Source: Octopus sinensis (lineage: Eukaryota). From it: a stretch of 64,000 nt of DNA. Every line of letters starts with the position of its first letter. The stretch's first letter is position 1. The notes beneath the pieces are model-generated. The model ran no database searches and was not told the origin of the DNA. It worked only from the letters and a program-made list of their open reading frames with translations. This document shows, piece after piece, positions 1 to 13,590 of the stretch. A program made the translations under genes and the position numbers. The stretch is taken from positions 24,924,001 through 24,988,000 of the forward strand of contig NC_043007.1 of assembly GCF_006345805.1 (NCBI RefSeq), read 5' to 3'.

Positions 1-751
1 AAAGAGCTAGAAGAAATACTACTAAGCATGTTCTATGACATTCTGACAATTCAGCCAGTTTGCCACTCTCCCCATTTCATTATAATCCTTTCTTCTATAG
101 GCACAAGGCCTGAAATTTTGTGGGAGGGGCTAGTTAATAAGATTGACCCCCGTACTCAACTGGTACTTAATTTATCAATCCTAAAAGGATGAAAGATAAA
201 GTCAACCTCAGCAGAATTTGAACTCAGAACATAAATATGGATAAAATGAATAGCAGAATTTTGTCCAACCTGCTAATGTTTCTACCAGCTTGACATCTTA
301 AGTCGTAATTCTTCTGACTATAGGCTAAAGGCTTGAAATTTTGGAAAACAGAAGCTAGTTGATTATATTGACCCCGATGTTCAATTATGCACTTGTTTTA
401 TTGATCCCAAGAAGATGGAGGGTAGAGTTCACCTTGGAGGTATTTGAACTCAGAATGTAAAGCTAGAAGAAACACCACTATGCATTTTGTTCGGCATACT
501 AAAGATTCTGCCAGTTTGCTGCCATTAATTCTTTTAAATTTTGGCACAAGGCAAGCAAAACTTTAGGGGAAGCAGGTTAAGTCAAAAACACCCAAAAGGA
601 GGAAAGGTAAAGTTCACTATGGTGGCATTTGATCTCAGAATATAGAGAGTTGAATGAAATGCCACTAAGCATTTTATTTGGAATGGAAACATTTCTGCCA
701 AGAAGATGCCGTTCCCATTTCAATATAATACAAGTCGAGTTATCATCTTAC

Positions 752-976
752 CGATGCTTGTGCCAAGTCCATCGTCTCAAATATCAGACTCATTGACGCT
801 GACATCTGAATAATCTCTCCACTCATCAAACACAGTTTCTTGTTGTCGTCTAAAACAGTATTCATGTTTTCAATCCAGAGGGCGTCAATGGGGCCATCGA
901 ACAGAACCCATTTTCGGTCTTCATTTTCGGCTGATGCAAATTCTCGGAATGTGTTAGCTACAACGCCATCTGTCCA
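752..976 (-). CDS. DNAH12: Dynein heavy chain exon 13, AAA2 (WTDG...[25 protein letters not shown]...AQAS)
   Basis: taacag|TGG ... TCG|gtaaga; 225 nt; not in ORF track, translated by hand. Confidence 0.96.
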
Positions 977-2154
977 CTGTTAGAATGAAATATAGAAAAG
1001 ATAAGATAAGAATGAATAAGTAATTTTCTAGTCTTAAATGTGATTTACAACAGGACAAATTCTAAATAGGGCACATCATTGTCATCATAATCATCATCAT
1101 TGTTTTAACATGCACTTTTTCATGCCTGCATGGGTCAGATGAAATTTACTGAGGCTGATTTTCTACAGCCATATGCCATACTGGGAACCCTCACCCATTT
1201 CCAAGCAGTTTCTTCATAGAAAATATTTCTCCACGGCAAATGTTTTTACAGAAAAATGGAAATAAATGACACTGCTTGTATGACAGTGACCCTCATTTAC
1301 AACAATCATGCAATGTCAAAAAAAAAGACACAAACACATACACACATGATGGTGGGATTCTTTCAGATTCAATCAACCATATCCACCCCCAGTCTTCATA
1401 GCAGAAGACACCTGCCCAAGGTGCCATTCAGTGGGACAAAATCTGAAACCATGTGGTTGGGAGACACAGAAGTAGGAAAATAACAAGGACAAAAGCACAC
1501 ACACACACCTCTAACAATACCATTCCCAGCTACAGCCAACACCGTTCCTTACCACTATCAATGCCATTCTCTACTACAACCAAAAGTTCAAACCAACAAA
1601 GAAGTCTCTATGCGCTCCAATGAACTGCTAGAAATAGGAGCAAATGTCCCTCCATCACATCCTACTCTCTTAACACAGAAAGAACACATTGAACAATCGC
1701 ATATAATAAATGCAAATGTCTGACATGTGTTTCTACTGCATAGATATCATTGAGTGTTGCATTAGGTTGCATCCTGTTGGTTCAGTTGCATTATGGGTTC
1801 ACCCAAGGTCATCATATCCATGCAGTTTTATTCAATATGTTACCACTACAAGACTCTGAAACAAATTGAAGAATTATGATTTTGGAAGTCTTATTCTAAG
1901 GTATAATTTTGAGAGGGACATAGTTTAGTGCAGAGGAGAGTAGAGGTTGTTGGGAAACACTATATAGCAATAAAGTCAAATGGACCCCTACTTTGAATAT
2001 AACTCTAGGCTAATTAATACTTTGTGAGTAAATTTGGTAGATGGAATCTGAAAGAAATCCATTATCTATCTATCTATCTAACTATATGTCTATCTATCTA
2101 TCTGTCTATCTATCTATCTATCTATCTATCTATTTCTCTCTCTCTCTCTCTCTC

Positions 2155-2210
<56 letters not shown>

Positions 2211-4499
2211 TATATAATATGTATATATAGATATATATATATATATATATATACGTGCATGTGTGTGGTATAGTGTGCATGTAGACATGTGTGATAGAAG
2301 CTTATTTCTCAACCTCATGGTTCTGCATGGAACAAGGGAAAAGGGTTTTCTATCACAGCCTTGGGTTGACCAAAGCCTTGTAAAGGGACTTGGTAGACAG
2401 AAACTGAAAGAAGCCTGTCATATATATATATGAGTATGTGTGTGTATATGTTTGTGTGTCTGTGTTTGTCACCCACCCAGCTACCCAACATCACTTGATA
2501 ACCGATGCTGGTGTGTTTACGTCCCCGTAACATAGTGGTTCGGCAAAAGAGATTAACAGAATAAGTTCTAGGCTTACAAAGAATAAGTCCTGGGGGGCGA
2601 TTTGCTCGACTGAAGGCGGTGCTCCAGCATGGTCACAGTCAAAGGACTGAGACAAATAAAAGAATAAAGCTAAATTGATAAATGGATATTTATTAGTAAG
2701 TTTTGTTATAGGCTGGCTGGAAATCAATCAACTTTCATCTGGAGAGACAAGAAGCAAAATGTCTCGGAAAAACCTGGAAGAAAACATCTAATAAAAACAC
2801 ACCTACACTGTTTTCAATATTGAGAACATCTTTAATTGTGGATTACTACAATCACATGATTAGAACGATTTGTGTGTATGTGTGTGTGTGCGTGTGTGCT
2901 TGTATGTGTGTGTGTGTGTGTGTGTGTGTGCTTGTGTGTGTGTGTGAGTGTGTGTGTGCTTGTGTGTGTGTGTGTGAGAGTGTGTGTGTATGTGCGCTTG
3001 TGTGTGTGTGTGTGGGTGTGGGTGTAGTGAACATGTTTGTGTGTTGTGGCCTAGTTGAGCCAATCAACTTCCGCTTAACCTGAGGATTTCCAACCATAAT
3101 CAATATCTTGGAGACAAACACACTTTTCAAGTCTGCCAGATGATGATGATAACGACAACGATGACGACAGTGATGATGATGATGATGATGATGATGATGG
3201 TTTAATAGTGTTTATATTATTTAGAAACTGTTTAGTATCCTGGAGAGTATATCTTAATGTTTATGACAAATATAGTCTTGCAAGAGCGATGTGGGTGTAT
3301 AGCTACATATATATATATATATATTATATATATATATATATATATACATATCTATATATATTATATACATATATGTATATATAATATACACACACAACAC
3401 ATGCATGCACACACGCATGCCTGCAGATACATACACACACTACAGAGAGAGAGAGAGAGAGAGAGGTATCATATATATTCACTTATATTTATGAGTGTAT
3501 GAATAATAGATATAATGAAATTTTATTGCTGAAACGGTGTACTTAAATTGTAACTTGGGGCAGAAGAGGAGGAAGGAGAGGAGGAAGCTATAAAGCAAAT
3601 ATCAGATACCGTAATAAAATATTATTAGAGACCAAGAATTTTTCAGATTAGTGAAGGGGACCTTCTCGTGAGCAGCAACCAGAGGATTTTAAAGACCTGT
3701 TTCTTTACTTGCCAACAAGGGGCTAAACACAGAGAGGACAAACAAGGACAGACAAACGGATTGCGTCAATTATATCGACCCCAATGCGTAACTGGTACTT
3801 ATTTAATCGACCCCAAAAGGATGAAAGGCAAAGTCAACCTCGGCGGAATTTGAACTCTGAACGTAACGGCAGATGAAATATGGCTACGCATTTCGCCCAG
3901 CGTGCTAACGTTTCTGACAGCTCAAAGACCAACAATGATGTAGAAAAAGAAGGGGCATAAAAAAATAAAGTTCCCATAATTCCAGGATAAAATAACAAAC
4001 AAAACATTGTTCAGTTTATTATATCCAGAATATAAAACTGGCAGAGTGCTTGAAACATCAATGGATCTTGGATATCAAATGTCCGGCACAAAACATGGTG
4101 AATGTGGGGATGAGGTGAACTGGAAATAAAGGGTAATAACATCAACAGCTGAGGTGGCCCCCACTGGAAGGGGAAGGAGGAGTGACGAACTGAAGGAAGC
4201 AAGACCAGTGTGATCCTCTTTGGCCTCAAGGCAGTGGTGGCGAATGGACACATGTGGACACGAGAGCAAGACAGGGCTTTAGTAGTAGCTACTAGTGATA
4301 GGCAAGACAGGTATTTAACACAGCTGGACAGCTGATACTGAGAGGTAGGTGAACTATATTTGTTCCTCACATTGCAGTTCCCTCATGCTACAGTGAAATA
4401 TTAAGAAAATATGTACAAACTTTCATGAAAGGTTTAACGCTTTTGTTATCATATTTTTTTTGTCTTTGTTTCATTTAATTTCGAAAATAATTATGATTT

Positions 4500-4890
4500 A
4501 CTCTTTTATTTGTTTCAGTCATTTGACTGTGGCCATGCTGGAGCACTGCCTTTAATCGAGCAAATCGACCCCAGGACTTATTCTTTGTAAGCCTAGTACT
4601 TATTCTATCGGTCTCTTTGCTGAACTGCTAAGTTATGGGGATGTAAACACACCAGTATCGGTTGTCAAGCAATGGTGGGGATACAAACACACACACACAT
4701 ATATACATATATATATATGCATATATACAACTGCCTTCTTTCAGTTTCCATTTACCAAATCCACTCACAAGGCTTTGGTTGGCCCGAGGCTATAGTAGAA
4801 GACACTTGCCTAAGGTGCCACGCAGTGGGACTGAACCCAGAACGATGTGGTTGGTAAGCAAGCTACTTACCACACAGCCACTCCTACGCC
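4500..4890 (-). mobile_element. SINE family A (tRNA-like head, CORE-like segment, internal TA/TG microsatellite, AAAAGAGT tail)
   Basis: Near-identical copies at about 25992-26395(+), 30962-31365(-), 37910-38300(-), 49255-49625(+), 50778-51365(+), 53080-53490(-), 56072-56480(-), 57277-57685(+); the most abundant repeat here. Confidence 0.85.
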
Positions 4891-5808
4891 TATTTAATAA
4901 TATAACTTTATCATTGTTAAGCTGGTGTTTGTAACATAAATTAACATAAAATTTTGATGAATGGTTTTAATTCTGATCACTTCAACCCTTTTAAGGAGCA
5001 TCCATACCAGTTCCACATAGAAGAGCAACAACTGTGCTGATTCCATATAAAAGCACCCTGTACACACTGTAAGTGGAGGCGTGTGGCTTAGTGGTTAGGG
5101 TGTCAGTATCATGATCGTAACATTGTGGTTTCGATTCCTGGACCGGGCGGCGTGTTGTGTTCTTGAGCAAAACACTTCATTTCACGTTGCTCTAGTCCAC
5201 TCAGATGGCAAAAATGAATAACGCTGCGACAGACTGGTGTCCCATCTGGCTGGGGAATACATACGCCATTGAAACTGGGAAACCGGGGCCATGAGCCTGG
5301 CTAGGCTTTAAAAGGAAACATTTATTTTACACACTGTAAAGTGGTTGGTTTTAGCAAGGGCATCCAGCCATAGAAACCATGGTAAAACAGATGACTGGAG
5401 CTGATGCAGCCCTCCAGCTTGCCATCTCCTGTCAAATTCTCCAACCCATGCCAGCATGGAAAATGGATGTTAAATGATGCTGTTACTATATTCCAATTCC
5501 TCTCAGCTCAGAAAACAGACATTAAATGATGATGATGATGACAATGACGATGATGATTTCTATTGAAATACACAGTCTTTTGTTTTAATTAATTTTGAAA
5601 ATACCTATGAATTTAGTGATATGACTTTTTCATTAATTAGCTGATGTTCAGAACATAAATTAACATGAAATTTTTGTAGAAGGTTTTAATCAAAATCATT
5701 TTAAAACTGCGAGTTTGTATCACAGAACCAGGTGTGGTTTCAGATGCGTTGATATCAAAAGGTCAAAAGGGTTAAAGTTGGAGCATAGCTGAAGGACACA
5801 ATACTCAC

Positions 5809-5992
5809 CTCATGTGAAACGGGGTCAAACTGACCAAACAACTGACCCATGGTGATCGATTTAGGGTTGATAATCCTGTAGATTACCTTCTCGTAGTCTT
5901 CACACCCTTGCTCGTTAAGTTTAGTCATTCCTTCTGACAGGACTTCCAGTACCTTTGTCTTTCCACCAAATGGTAAACCCACAATCATGAAA
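5809..5992 (-). CDS. DNAH12: Dynein heavy chain exon 12, AAA2 Walker A (GLPFGGKT)
   Basis: tttgaag|T TTC ATG ... GAG|gtgagt; 184 nt. Confidence 0.95.
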
Positions 5993-6157
5993 CTTCAAAG
6001 ACACAGTACAAAGGATAATTTAAACAGAGAAACTTGCTTAAGAGACATAGTATTTGTTAGTGTGTGTGTGTTTGTAAGAAAAAGAATGAGCATGTGTTTG
6101 TTTATATGTCTACATACGAATGTGTTAGTATTTATGCATGTATGTATAGGTAAGCAG

Positions 6158-6535
6158 TGGAGGTGCAATGGCCCAGTGGTTAGGGCAGCGGACTCGCGGT
6201 CATAGGATCACGGTTTCAATTCTCAGACCGGGCGTTGTGAGTGTTTATTGAGCAAAAATACTTAAAGCTCCACGAGGCTCCGGCAGGGGGTGGTGGTGAA
6301 CCCTGCTGTATTCTTTCACCACAACTTTCTCTCACTCTATGTTTTTGTTGTACCTGTATTTCAAAGGGCCATCCTTGTCACACACTGTGCCATGCTGAAT
6401 CTCCCCCCGAGAACTACGTTAAGGGTACACGTGTCTGTGGAGTGCTCAGCCACTTGCACGTTAATTTCATGAGCAGGCTGTTCTGTTGAACGGATCAACT
6501 GGAACCCTCGTCGTCGTAACCGACAGAGTGCCTTC
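6158..6535 (+). mobile_element. SINE family B (tRNA-derived)
   Basis: Box A TGGCCCAGTGG and a box B-like GGTTTCAATTCT; highly similar to 9650-10030. Confidence 0.85.
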
Positions 6536-7104
6536 TTCTTCTATAGGTAAGCATATGTGAGTGCGTGCATGTATGTTTGTGAATACATCCTTATGTGAGT
6601 ATGTCAGTGTAGTATTTGTGCATGTATATGTATTTGCACGTAAGCACGTATGTGTGCATGCACACATGTGTACATGTGTGTGTTAGTCTGTGTGTGTGTG
6701 TGTAAGTATGGGCTAGCCTGTAACTACAAAGAAGAAAATTTACTCTTTGAAAGTTATTAAGAAGTTCGTTGTTTCATCTTTTTATCCATTAACAGGTTCA
6801 ACAGCTAATTCTATCATTTAATCCACCATCTGGTTCACTAGTCAACATTAATCAACCAGATAATCCATTTATAAGGTCAGTAACACCCTTGCAATGCCTG
6901 TCTACCATTCACAACACAAGCAGTATAACACACTGTCTACCTATCTAAGATATAAGGAGACATAATCACACAATGTCCACCTGCCTAAGACATAAATAGT
7001 CAGTTCAATACACTGTCCACCTACCTATAATACAAGAAGACATAATGACACAGTGTCCACATAATCTTGACATAAAAAGACAGTACACAATAATGCCCAC
7101 TTAC

Positions 7105-7334
7105 CCATGACGGACAATCATCATTTCGTAAGTTTGGATTATTTTCTCTTTGAAAAAATCAACAAATTGTAGATTTTTCTTCTCAGCCACGGACTTCATG
7201 GATTCCAAGAAAACAACATAGTCAGCTTCGGGCATTAGCAGTTCGGGAAACAAGTCTGTGATGATCCCATTGAACAGAGGGATGTCATGTGACAGGAATT
7301 TTGGCATGTTTACATCAATAATTGATCGAAGAAG
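7105..7334 (-). CDS. DNAH12: Dynein heavy chain exon 11 (LLRSIIDVNMPKF...VRHG)
   Basis: tgtag|CTT ... CAT GG|gtaagt; 230 nt; follows a 19.9-kb intron. Confidence 0.96.
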
Positions 7335-8310
7335 CTACATTTGGGGGGAAAAAAAAACAAAAAAAAACAAAACAAAACAAAAACATGATAAGCATAATAA
7401 TCTTTTCTTTTAAAGGCACAAGGCCTGAAATTCAAGGGGAGGGTACTGGTCAATTACATCGACCCCAGTGTTTCACTGTTACTTAATTTATCGACCCCCA
7501 AAAGGATGAAAGGCAAAGTAGACCTCACTAGAATTTGAACTCCACTAAGCATTTTGCCCAGCATGCTAATGATTCTGCCAGCTTGCTGCCTTAAGGATAG
7601 ACATGATAATAATAATTCTTTCTTTTACAGGCACAGTTTTGGGGAGAGAGCTAGTCGTTTATATCACCCCCCAGTACCTGACTGGTACTTTATTTTATTG
7701 GTTCCCAAAAGGATGAAAGGCAGGGTTGACACTGGTGGAATTTGAACAGAGAATGTAAAGAAACAGAAGAAATTCCACAGAACATTTTGCCTGACATACT
7801 AACAATTTTGCGAACTTGCCATCTTGCTGATAAAAAATTTTGATGTTTTCCTTCTTAACCATCAGAGTTGACAATAACAAAATAACAAAAAAAGAAATTC
7901 AAGGAAAATCTCCTAAAAAGGAGACCTCCAAGGGCTACTCATGGAAAACCCCATAAAAACAATGATTGCTCTGTGCTGGATCAGAACTGGCCCAAGGCTA
8001 AACAACAACAACAGCAGCAGCAGAGAAGGACACATTAGATAGTGTACTTCTAGGTACACAATGCCTGAGATAAAAGACAGAATGATCACAGCAGAAATTA
8101 TTTTTTGATCTTAGGACTGCAACATCAGGGCTAGCCTGGGGCGTTATAACAACAAGAAGGAAAGATACATTTCAAAATGTATTTCTGGATACATAATGCC
8201 TGAAATTTTAAGACAGAATGGTCACAACTGGAATATTTTTGATCATAGGTCTGCAGGAATTGCGATGGCCTGTGGCTGGGACACATTGGATATTGTAGTT
8301 CTACATAATG

Positions 8311-8920
8311 AGCTCATTGATAGCAAACTGGACGTCAGCAAATGTTTCGCCAAGTATCGCAATGTCATCTGCGAAGTCTAGATCCTTGATGGAAAAGTTG
8401 TGACCAACAGTGACACCGGGGAACCCCCTTAATGCGAGTCATGGCTGATGAGGGTGGAAGATATTAAGTGACTACAATCCTTCGATCAGCTCTGTCTATG
8501 CCACATCTTTCGTGTCCGATGGCATCACTTTGTCTCCAACAATTCGGTGCGACACCAGTGCAAAATCACCTCCCTCTGACAAGTCATCCTAACGAGATGT
8601 CCGCGTTGGCTGGGTCATGCCCTCCGTCGTCAACTAGGAGAATTCATCTACGAAGCAATTTCCCCAGCTCCCCTTCAGGGTTGGCAAAAGCGATGTGGTG
8701 AACAACGAAAAACCTGGCTGATGACAGTCAAGGCTGATCTGGAACCCAACCATGTCTACAGCATTCGCCGCTGGAATAGGGTTTGGTTCGAGATCACACG
8801 GTCGTTAGCCTTAAATTGCCAGGCCTGGTCGGCGTTTGTGAGAGATGCAGCATTGAGGATGAATGAAGCCAGCTCAACCCACCCCGGGTGAATGCTGTCT
8901 CAAGACAAGAAAGAAGAAGA
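8311..8920 (+). mobile_element. 5'-truncated, 5'-inverted RTE-type LINE
   Basis: 8432-8920(+) reads CESW...RWLGHALRR with stops and a CAAGA tail; 8311-8428(-) reads DLDFADDIAIL; TACATAATG repeated at 8302-8310 and 8921-8929. Confidence 0.85.
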
Positions 8921-9649
8921 TACATAATGCCTAAGATAAATGACAGGAAGGTCATAACTGGAATATTTTTGATCTTAGGTCTGCATGCTACAGGGCTAAC
9001 TAGGGGCCAAATAGCAATTATCAGAAACCATGTCTCAGCACAGTAAGATCCCTTAAAAGTTCCCTTGGGGCTATGGAAGAACTTATCTTCACATTTTTTT
9101 TTGTTTTACAGAAACACTGTTTTTAGACAATAGAAGAGAAAAATTAAATAGTTTAATTAAAGACTAATCAGTTTGTTAAAAAGACACTAATATAACTGTA
9201 GGAAACTAATCAGAGGAAATGGTGAATAACTGTTTCATGTAATTATGATAACGATAACTGTCTATAACAATCTAATTAACTTTTTTTGTTTTTGTTAAGT
9301 GGAAATATATTGATTACTACAAAGAAAGTCAACGGGAAATATTCCGGTTCACTGTTTTTTAACGAAGATTGAGTATAACGAACTATGGAGTGAGGCATGT
9401 GTGTGTGTGTAGCGAGAGATGGGGGAGAGAAGTCAGTTTGTGTATGTGTGTGAGTAAATAAATAGAGGCGTTAGTGTGAGTATGTGTGTGTGTGTGGTGT
9501 GTGTGTGGTATACATGTGTGTGAATTTGTGGTACAAGGGTATGTGAGTAAGGAAGTTGGTGTATGAGTAGTGTAAAGTGTGAGTTGAAATGTGTGTTTAT
9601 GTATATATGTATACAGGTGTATGTGTGTTAATGTGTATATTGAATGTGT

Positions 9650-10030
9650 GGAGGCACAATGGCCCAGTGGTTAGGGCAGCGGACTCGTGGTCATAGGATC
9701 GCGGTTTCGATTCCCAGACCGGGCGTTGTGAGTGTTTATTGAGCGAAAACACCTAAAGCTCCACGAGGCTCCGGCAGGGGATGGTGGTGATCCCTGCTGT
9801 ACTCTTTCACCACAACTTTCTCTCACTCTTACTTCCTGTTTCTGTTGTACCTGTATTTCAAAGGGCCGGCCTTGTCACTCTCTGTGTCACGCTGAATATC
9901 CCCGAGAACTACGTTAAGGGTACATGTGCCTGTGGAGTGCTCAGCCACTTACACGTTAATTTCACGAGCAGGCTGTTCCGTTGATTCGGATCAATTGGAA
10001 CCCTCGTCGTCGTAACCGACGGAGTGCTTC
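9650..10030 (+). mobile_element. SINE family B (tRNA-derived), well-preserved copy
   Basis: Box A TGGCCCAGTGG, box B GGTTTCGATTCC; related heads at 5075(+), 33133(-), 54243(+). Confidence 0.85.
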
Positions 10031-10351
10031 CATCCATATTGAATGTCTATGTGTGTGTATGTATCACTGTCTATGTGTGCATGTATATCAATGCGTGTAA
10101 ATATCTGTGAAGTGAGTGTATATGAGGTGTGTATCTACAAAGTGTATATATGTATGATGAAGTGTATTTCGGTGATAAAAAGTATATGCATTATAAAATG
10201 TATGTATGTATATAAAGGGTGTGTGCATATATATATATACGAGTGTGAGTGTGTGAAGTGTTTATGTATAAATGCATGAAGGATAACACATAAGAAAGTG
10301 TGCATGACAAGAAATATGAGTGTGTATTTATGCATATGTATGTATGTATAT

Positions 10352-10388
<37 letters not shown>

Positions 10389-10393
<5 letters not shown>

Positions 10394-11510
10394 GAGGGTA
10401 CTATTGTTCATAGGTACCGCATGCTAGGAGGGACTTTTACAGTCAAAACTACTAAAATAAACAAATTGTACCGAATGCAAAACTTCAAAGCGAGTCATTT
10501 AAAAACAGAATTTAGTTACATATCACCTGTGATTTCGCAATCAATGCAGAATATGCATTCTATGCTCTTCAGTGCAACGAACTCAAGACATGTAAGAAAA
10601 AAACACAACATCACATACCCGACAACCGTAGAATTTGCCGCAGCATGTACGAATGTTTATCTTTACATATCTATGAAAATGGCGGGCTTTTTCAAAATAT
10701 ATAAATAAATATAATAACCCATCCTTAAGACTTATCTACCCTTCAAGCTCTGACATCAGTGTACTTAGTAAAAATATACTAGATGAATATGTTCCTACGT
10801 TAATTAAAAAATTAAAACTTAGTTTATGGTCTAATTCATTCTAAGTCATCGACTGGTTTACTTCTATTACTAATAAGAGAAGCACTAAGTTTATCCAGTT
10901 TGACATTCATCTATCAACCCAATAGTACTTACTAAGGTACTCTGACTTGCTCATGACAAAGCTGGTCTCACCAGGGAAGAAATTGATGTTGTGTTGGCTG
11001 CCGGAAAATCTATCAAAGTTTGACAATAAGATGTGGGTCCGTAAAGACACACCAAATGGTTTTGATGTTACAATGGGAAGTTCTGATTCAGCACAAGTAG
11101 CTAATTTAATCTGTATACATATATACTTTTTGAAATGGCAGAACAGTTCCCAAACATAAATGGAGGTCTATGTCGTGATGATTGTTTACTTTACCTTCAA
11201 AATATTTCCGACCAAAAAGTACAAAAAGTTAAGAAAAATTTAGTTAAGTTTTTCCATAGAATGGGCTTTAGCATCATTTTTGATGATGATGTAATGAACG
11301 TCAACTTTTTAGATATTTCACTTAGCTTACGCAATAATTCATACTTCCCATACCACAAACCATCGATCAATCTTAAGTGTATTAGCAAATTCAGTAATCA
11401 TTCTAGGGCAATTACTAGGAACTTAGTTAAGAATATCTCATTTAGATTGTCTAAATTATCTGCTAATGTTGACATTTTCAATGATAAGGCTGAACTTTAT
11501 AATGATGTTG
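10389..11510 (+). mobile_element. Degraded Penelope-like element: RT fragment plus inverted terminal (pLTR-like) segment
   Basis: Frameshifted RT motifs VIDWF...FIQFDI, FDVTMGSSDSAQV, GGLCRDDCL, VNFLDI, PYHKP. The segment 10389-10700 is oppositely oriented and carries a hammerhead. The motif style suggests the Naiad group (recollection, unverified). Confidence 0.75.
10515..10578 (-). ncRNA. Type I hammerhead ribozyme motif, core intact
   Basis: GTTGCA-CTGAAGA-[GCA tag AATGCA tattc TGCATT gat TGC]-GAAA-[TCAC ag GTGA]-TA-TGTAAC; stems I, II and III all pair. Confidence 0.85.
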
Positions 11511-12308
11511 TTTAACATCCGCTTTCCATGCTGGCATGGGTTGGACGGTTTGACTGAGGGCTGGTGAACCAGAAGGCTGCACCAGGCTCCAATCTGATCT
11601 GGCAAAGTTTCTACAGCTGGATGCCCTTCCTAACACCAACCACTCCGAGAGGTCAATAAATAAGTACCAGTTGCGTACTGAGGTCAATCTAATTGAATGG
11701 CACCCTCCCCCAAAATTTCGGGCTTTGTGCCTAGAGTAGAAAAGAATATTCTTCCCATGGCCAAGCATGTTTCACAAAAGATTGGAAATCTTTGGCAGGA
11801 CATTGCTTTTGTAAGGGTGACATATATATATATATACAACTATCACATGATGACAAGGCCAAGAAATAGAAACACACATACATGCATAAGCACACACACA
11901 CACGCACAAACATGCACGCATGCATAGGAAACATGAGTGATTTTTAGCGTTTGTCATTGTACCTTCTTACTCTTTTATTTGTTTCAGTCATTTGACTATG
12001 GCCATGCTGGAGCACTGCCTTTAGTTGAACAAATCAACCCCCAGGACTCATTCTTTGTAAGCCCTAGTACTTATTCTGTCGGTCTCTCTTGCTGAACTGC
12101 TAAGTTACGGAGATGTAAACACACCAACATCGGTTGTCAAGCGATGGTGAGGGGACAAAGACAGATACACAAGCATACACACACACACAAACACACAGAC
12201 GTACACAAATACACACAACACACACACACACACAACACAGGCACGCACTCACAGAAATATGCAGATATAGATAGAAAGAGTGGGAGAGAAAAGGAAAGAG
12301 AGTAAGGG

Positions 12309-12345
<37 letters not shown>

Positions 12346-12969
12346 TACAATTTATTAATTGAATACAATTGATATAAACACTTTTCTTCACCCCATACAC
12401 ATAGAGAGAAACATGCTCAGACACATAGAGAGAGAGAGAGAGAAAGAGAAAGAGGGAGGTAGGGAGAGCAACAATAAAACGTTTGATGTCAAATGAATCA
12501 GCAGGAAATCAGCGATACCAAACAGGCATTACCAAAACAGCTGCACCAAAATATCTCAGACCCACTCCCCGTTGGTCTTGCCACCTTTGCCATTATCGTT
12601 CTTGCAGCTATTCTAATTGCTGCTGTTGTTGTTGTTGTTGATTTTTCTTTTCCTTCGGTAATTAGCAAATTGATTCCAGGTAAATAAGTGATTTCCTTTT
12701 TGTCTTTCTCTCCTCTCTGAGGTCATCTGCCATTACCGTTATCATAAATACAGCACGACTGTTACTTGTTAAGCAGACAGTGGAGGGAGAGTGTGGAAAG
12801 GGTAGATCCAGGAAGATGTGGGACAAAGTGATGAGAAAGAAAGGATCTTCAGATATTGGGCCTTACAGAAGGAATGACAAGGAACTGACACTACTAGCAT
12901 TTTGCTGTGTTCGAGAAGACATGTCAAGTTAAGTAAAACCATGGTTGTCCTCACAAACAGGCATGTTTC

Positions 12970-13590
12970 CTCATCATCATTGTTCAACCATGGTCGAGAC
13001 AATGGAATTTACTATGTTATGCCAGACTTCACGGTCCATCATAGCATTTCGGAGGTCCTGTTGCTGGATGCCTGTATCCCTGGAGATTACATCAGGGCAG
13101 GAGAGTGTGCGCCCTCTGGTATCGCGAGCAGATGGCTTCCAGAAGAGAAGAGTAGAAATTACCTCGTTTTCAGCTCTACAACAATGTCCAGCAAACTGGA
13201 CTCTTCTACCTTTCACAAGAAATGATACAGGTGGTAATTTCCCATATATTTGTACTTTGGTTGGATGACGCTTCCACAAGAGATTTTGAGCTCTCAAAAG
13301 GAGGCGAGTGTAAGTTCCATCCAACTGCCTCTCAAGCTTCTTTGATAACGTCCAGGTTTCTGAGCCATATAGTAGAATTGGTTCGACTGTGGCTTTGAAG
13401 ATTTTAAGTTTGAAATCTCTACTTAGATTTGATGACCAGATCTTATGCATATCATTACAGGCTGACCAGGCCATTCCCTTTCTAGTTAGAAAATCTTTTT
13501 CAGATGATGATATGTATGACCCAAGATATTTGTAAACAGAAACCATATTTAAGAGCGTATTGTTTCCTACATCCATCTTCAACTGAGCAT
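12970..13590 (-). mobile_element. 5'-truncated RTE-like LINE (RT C-terminal part, uninterrupted 201-codon frame)
   Basis: YKYLGS, LLYGSETW, FAGHC motifs; (TGA)n tail after the stop. Confidence 0.85.

Noticed and set aside
5993-5996. Unusual AAG acceptor of exon 12
   Set aside because: Less common than YAG but canonical; frame and protein are continuous
9650-9725. tRNA gene
   Set aside because: Box A/B present, but it runs into a SINE body repeated elsewhere and has no clean acceptor stem
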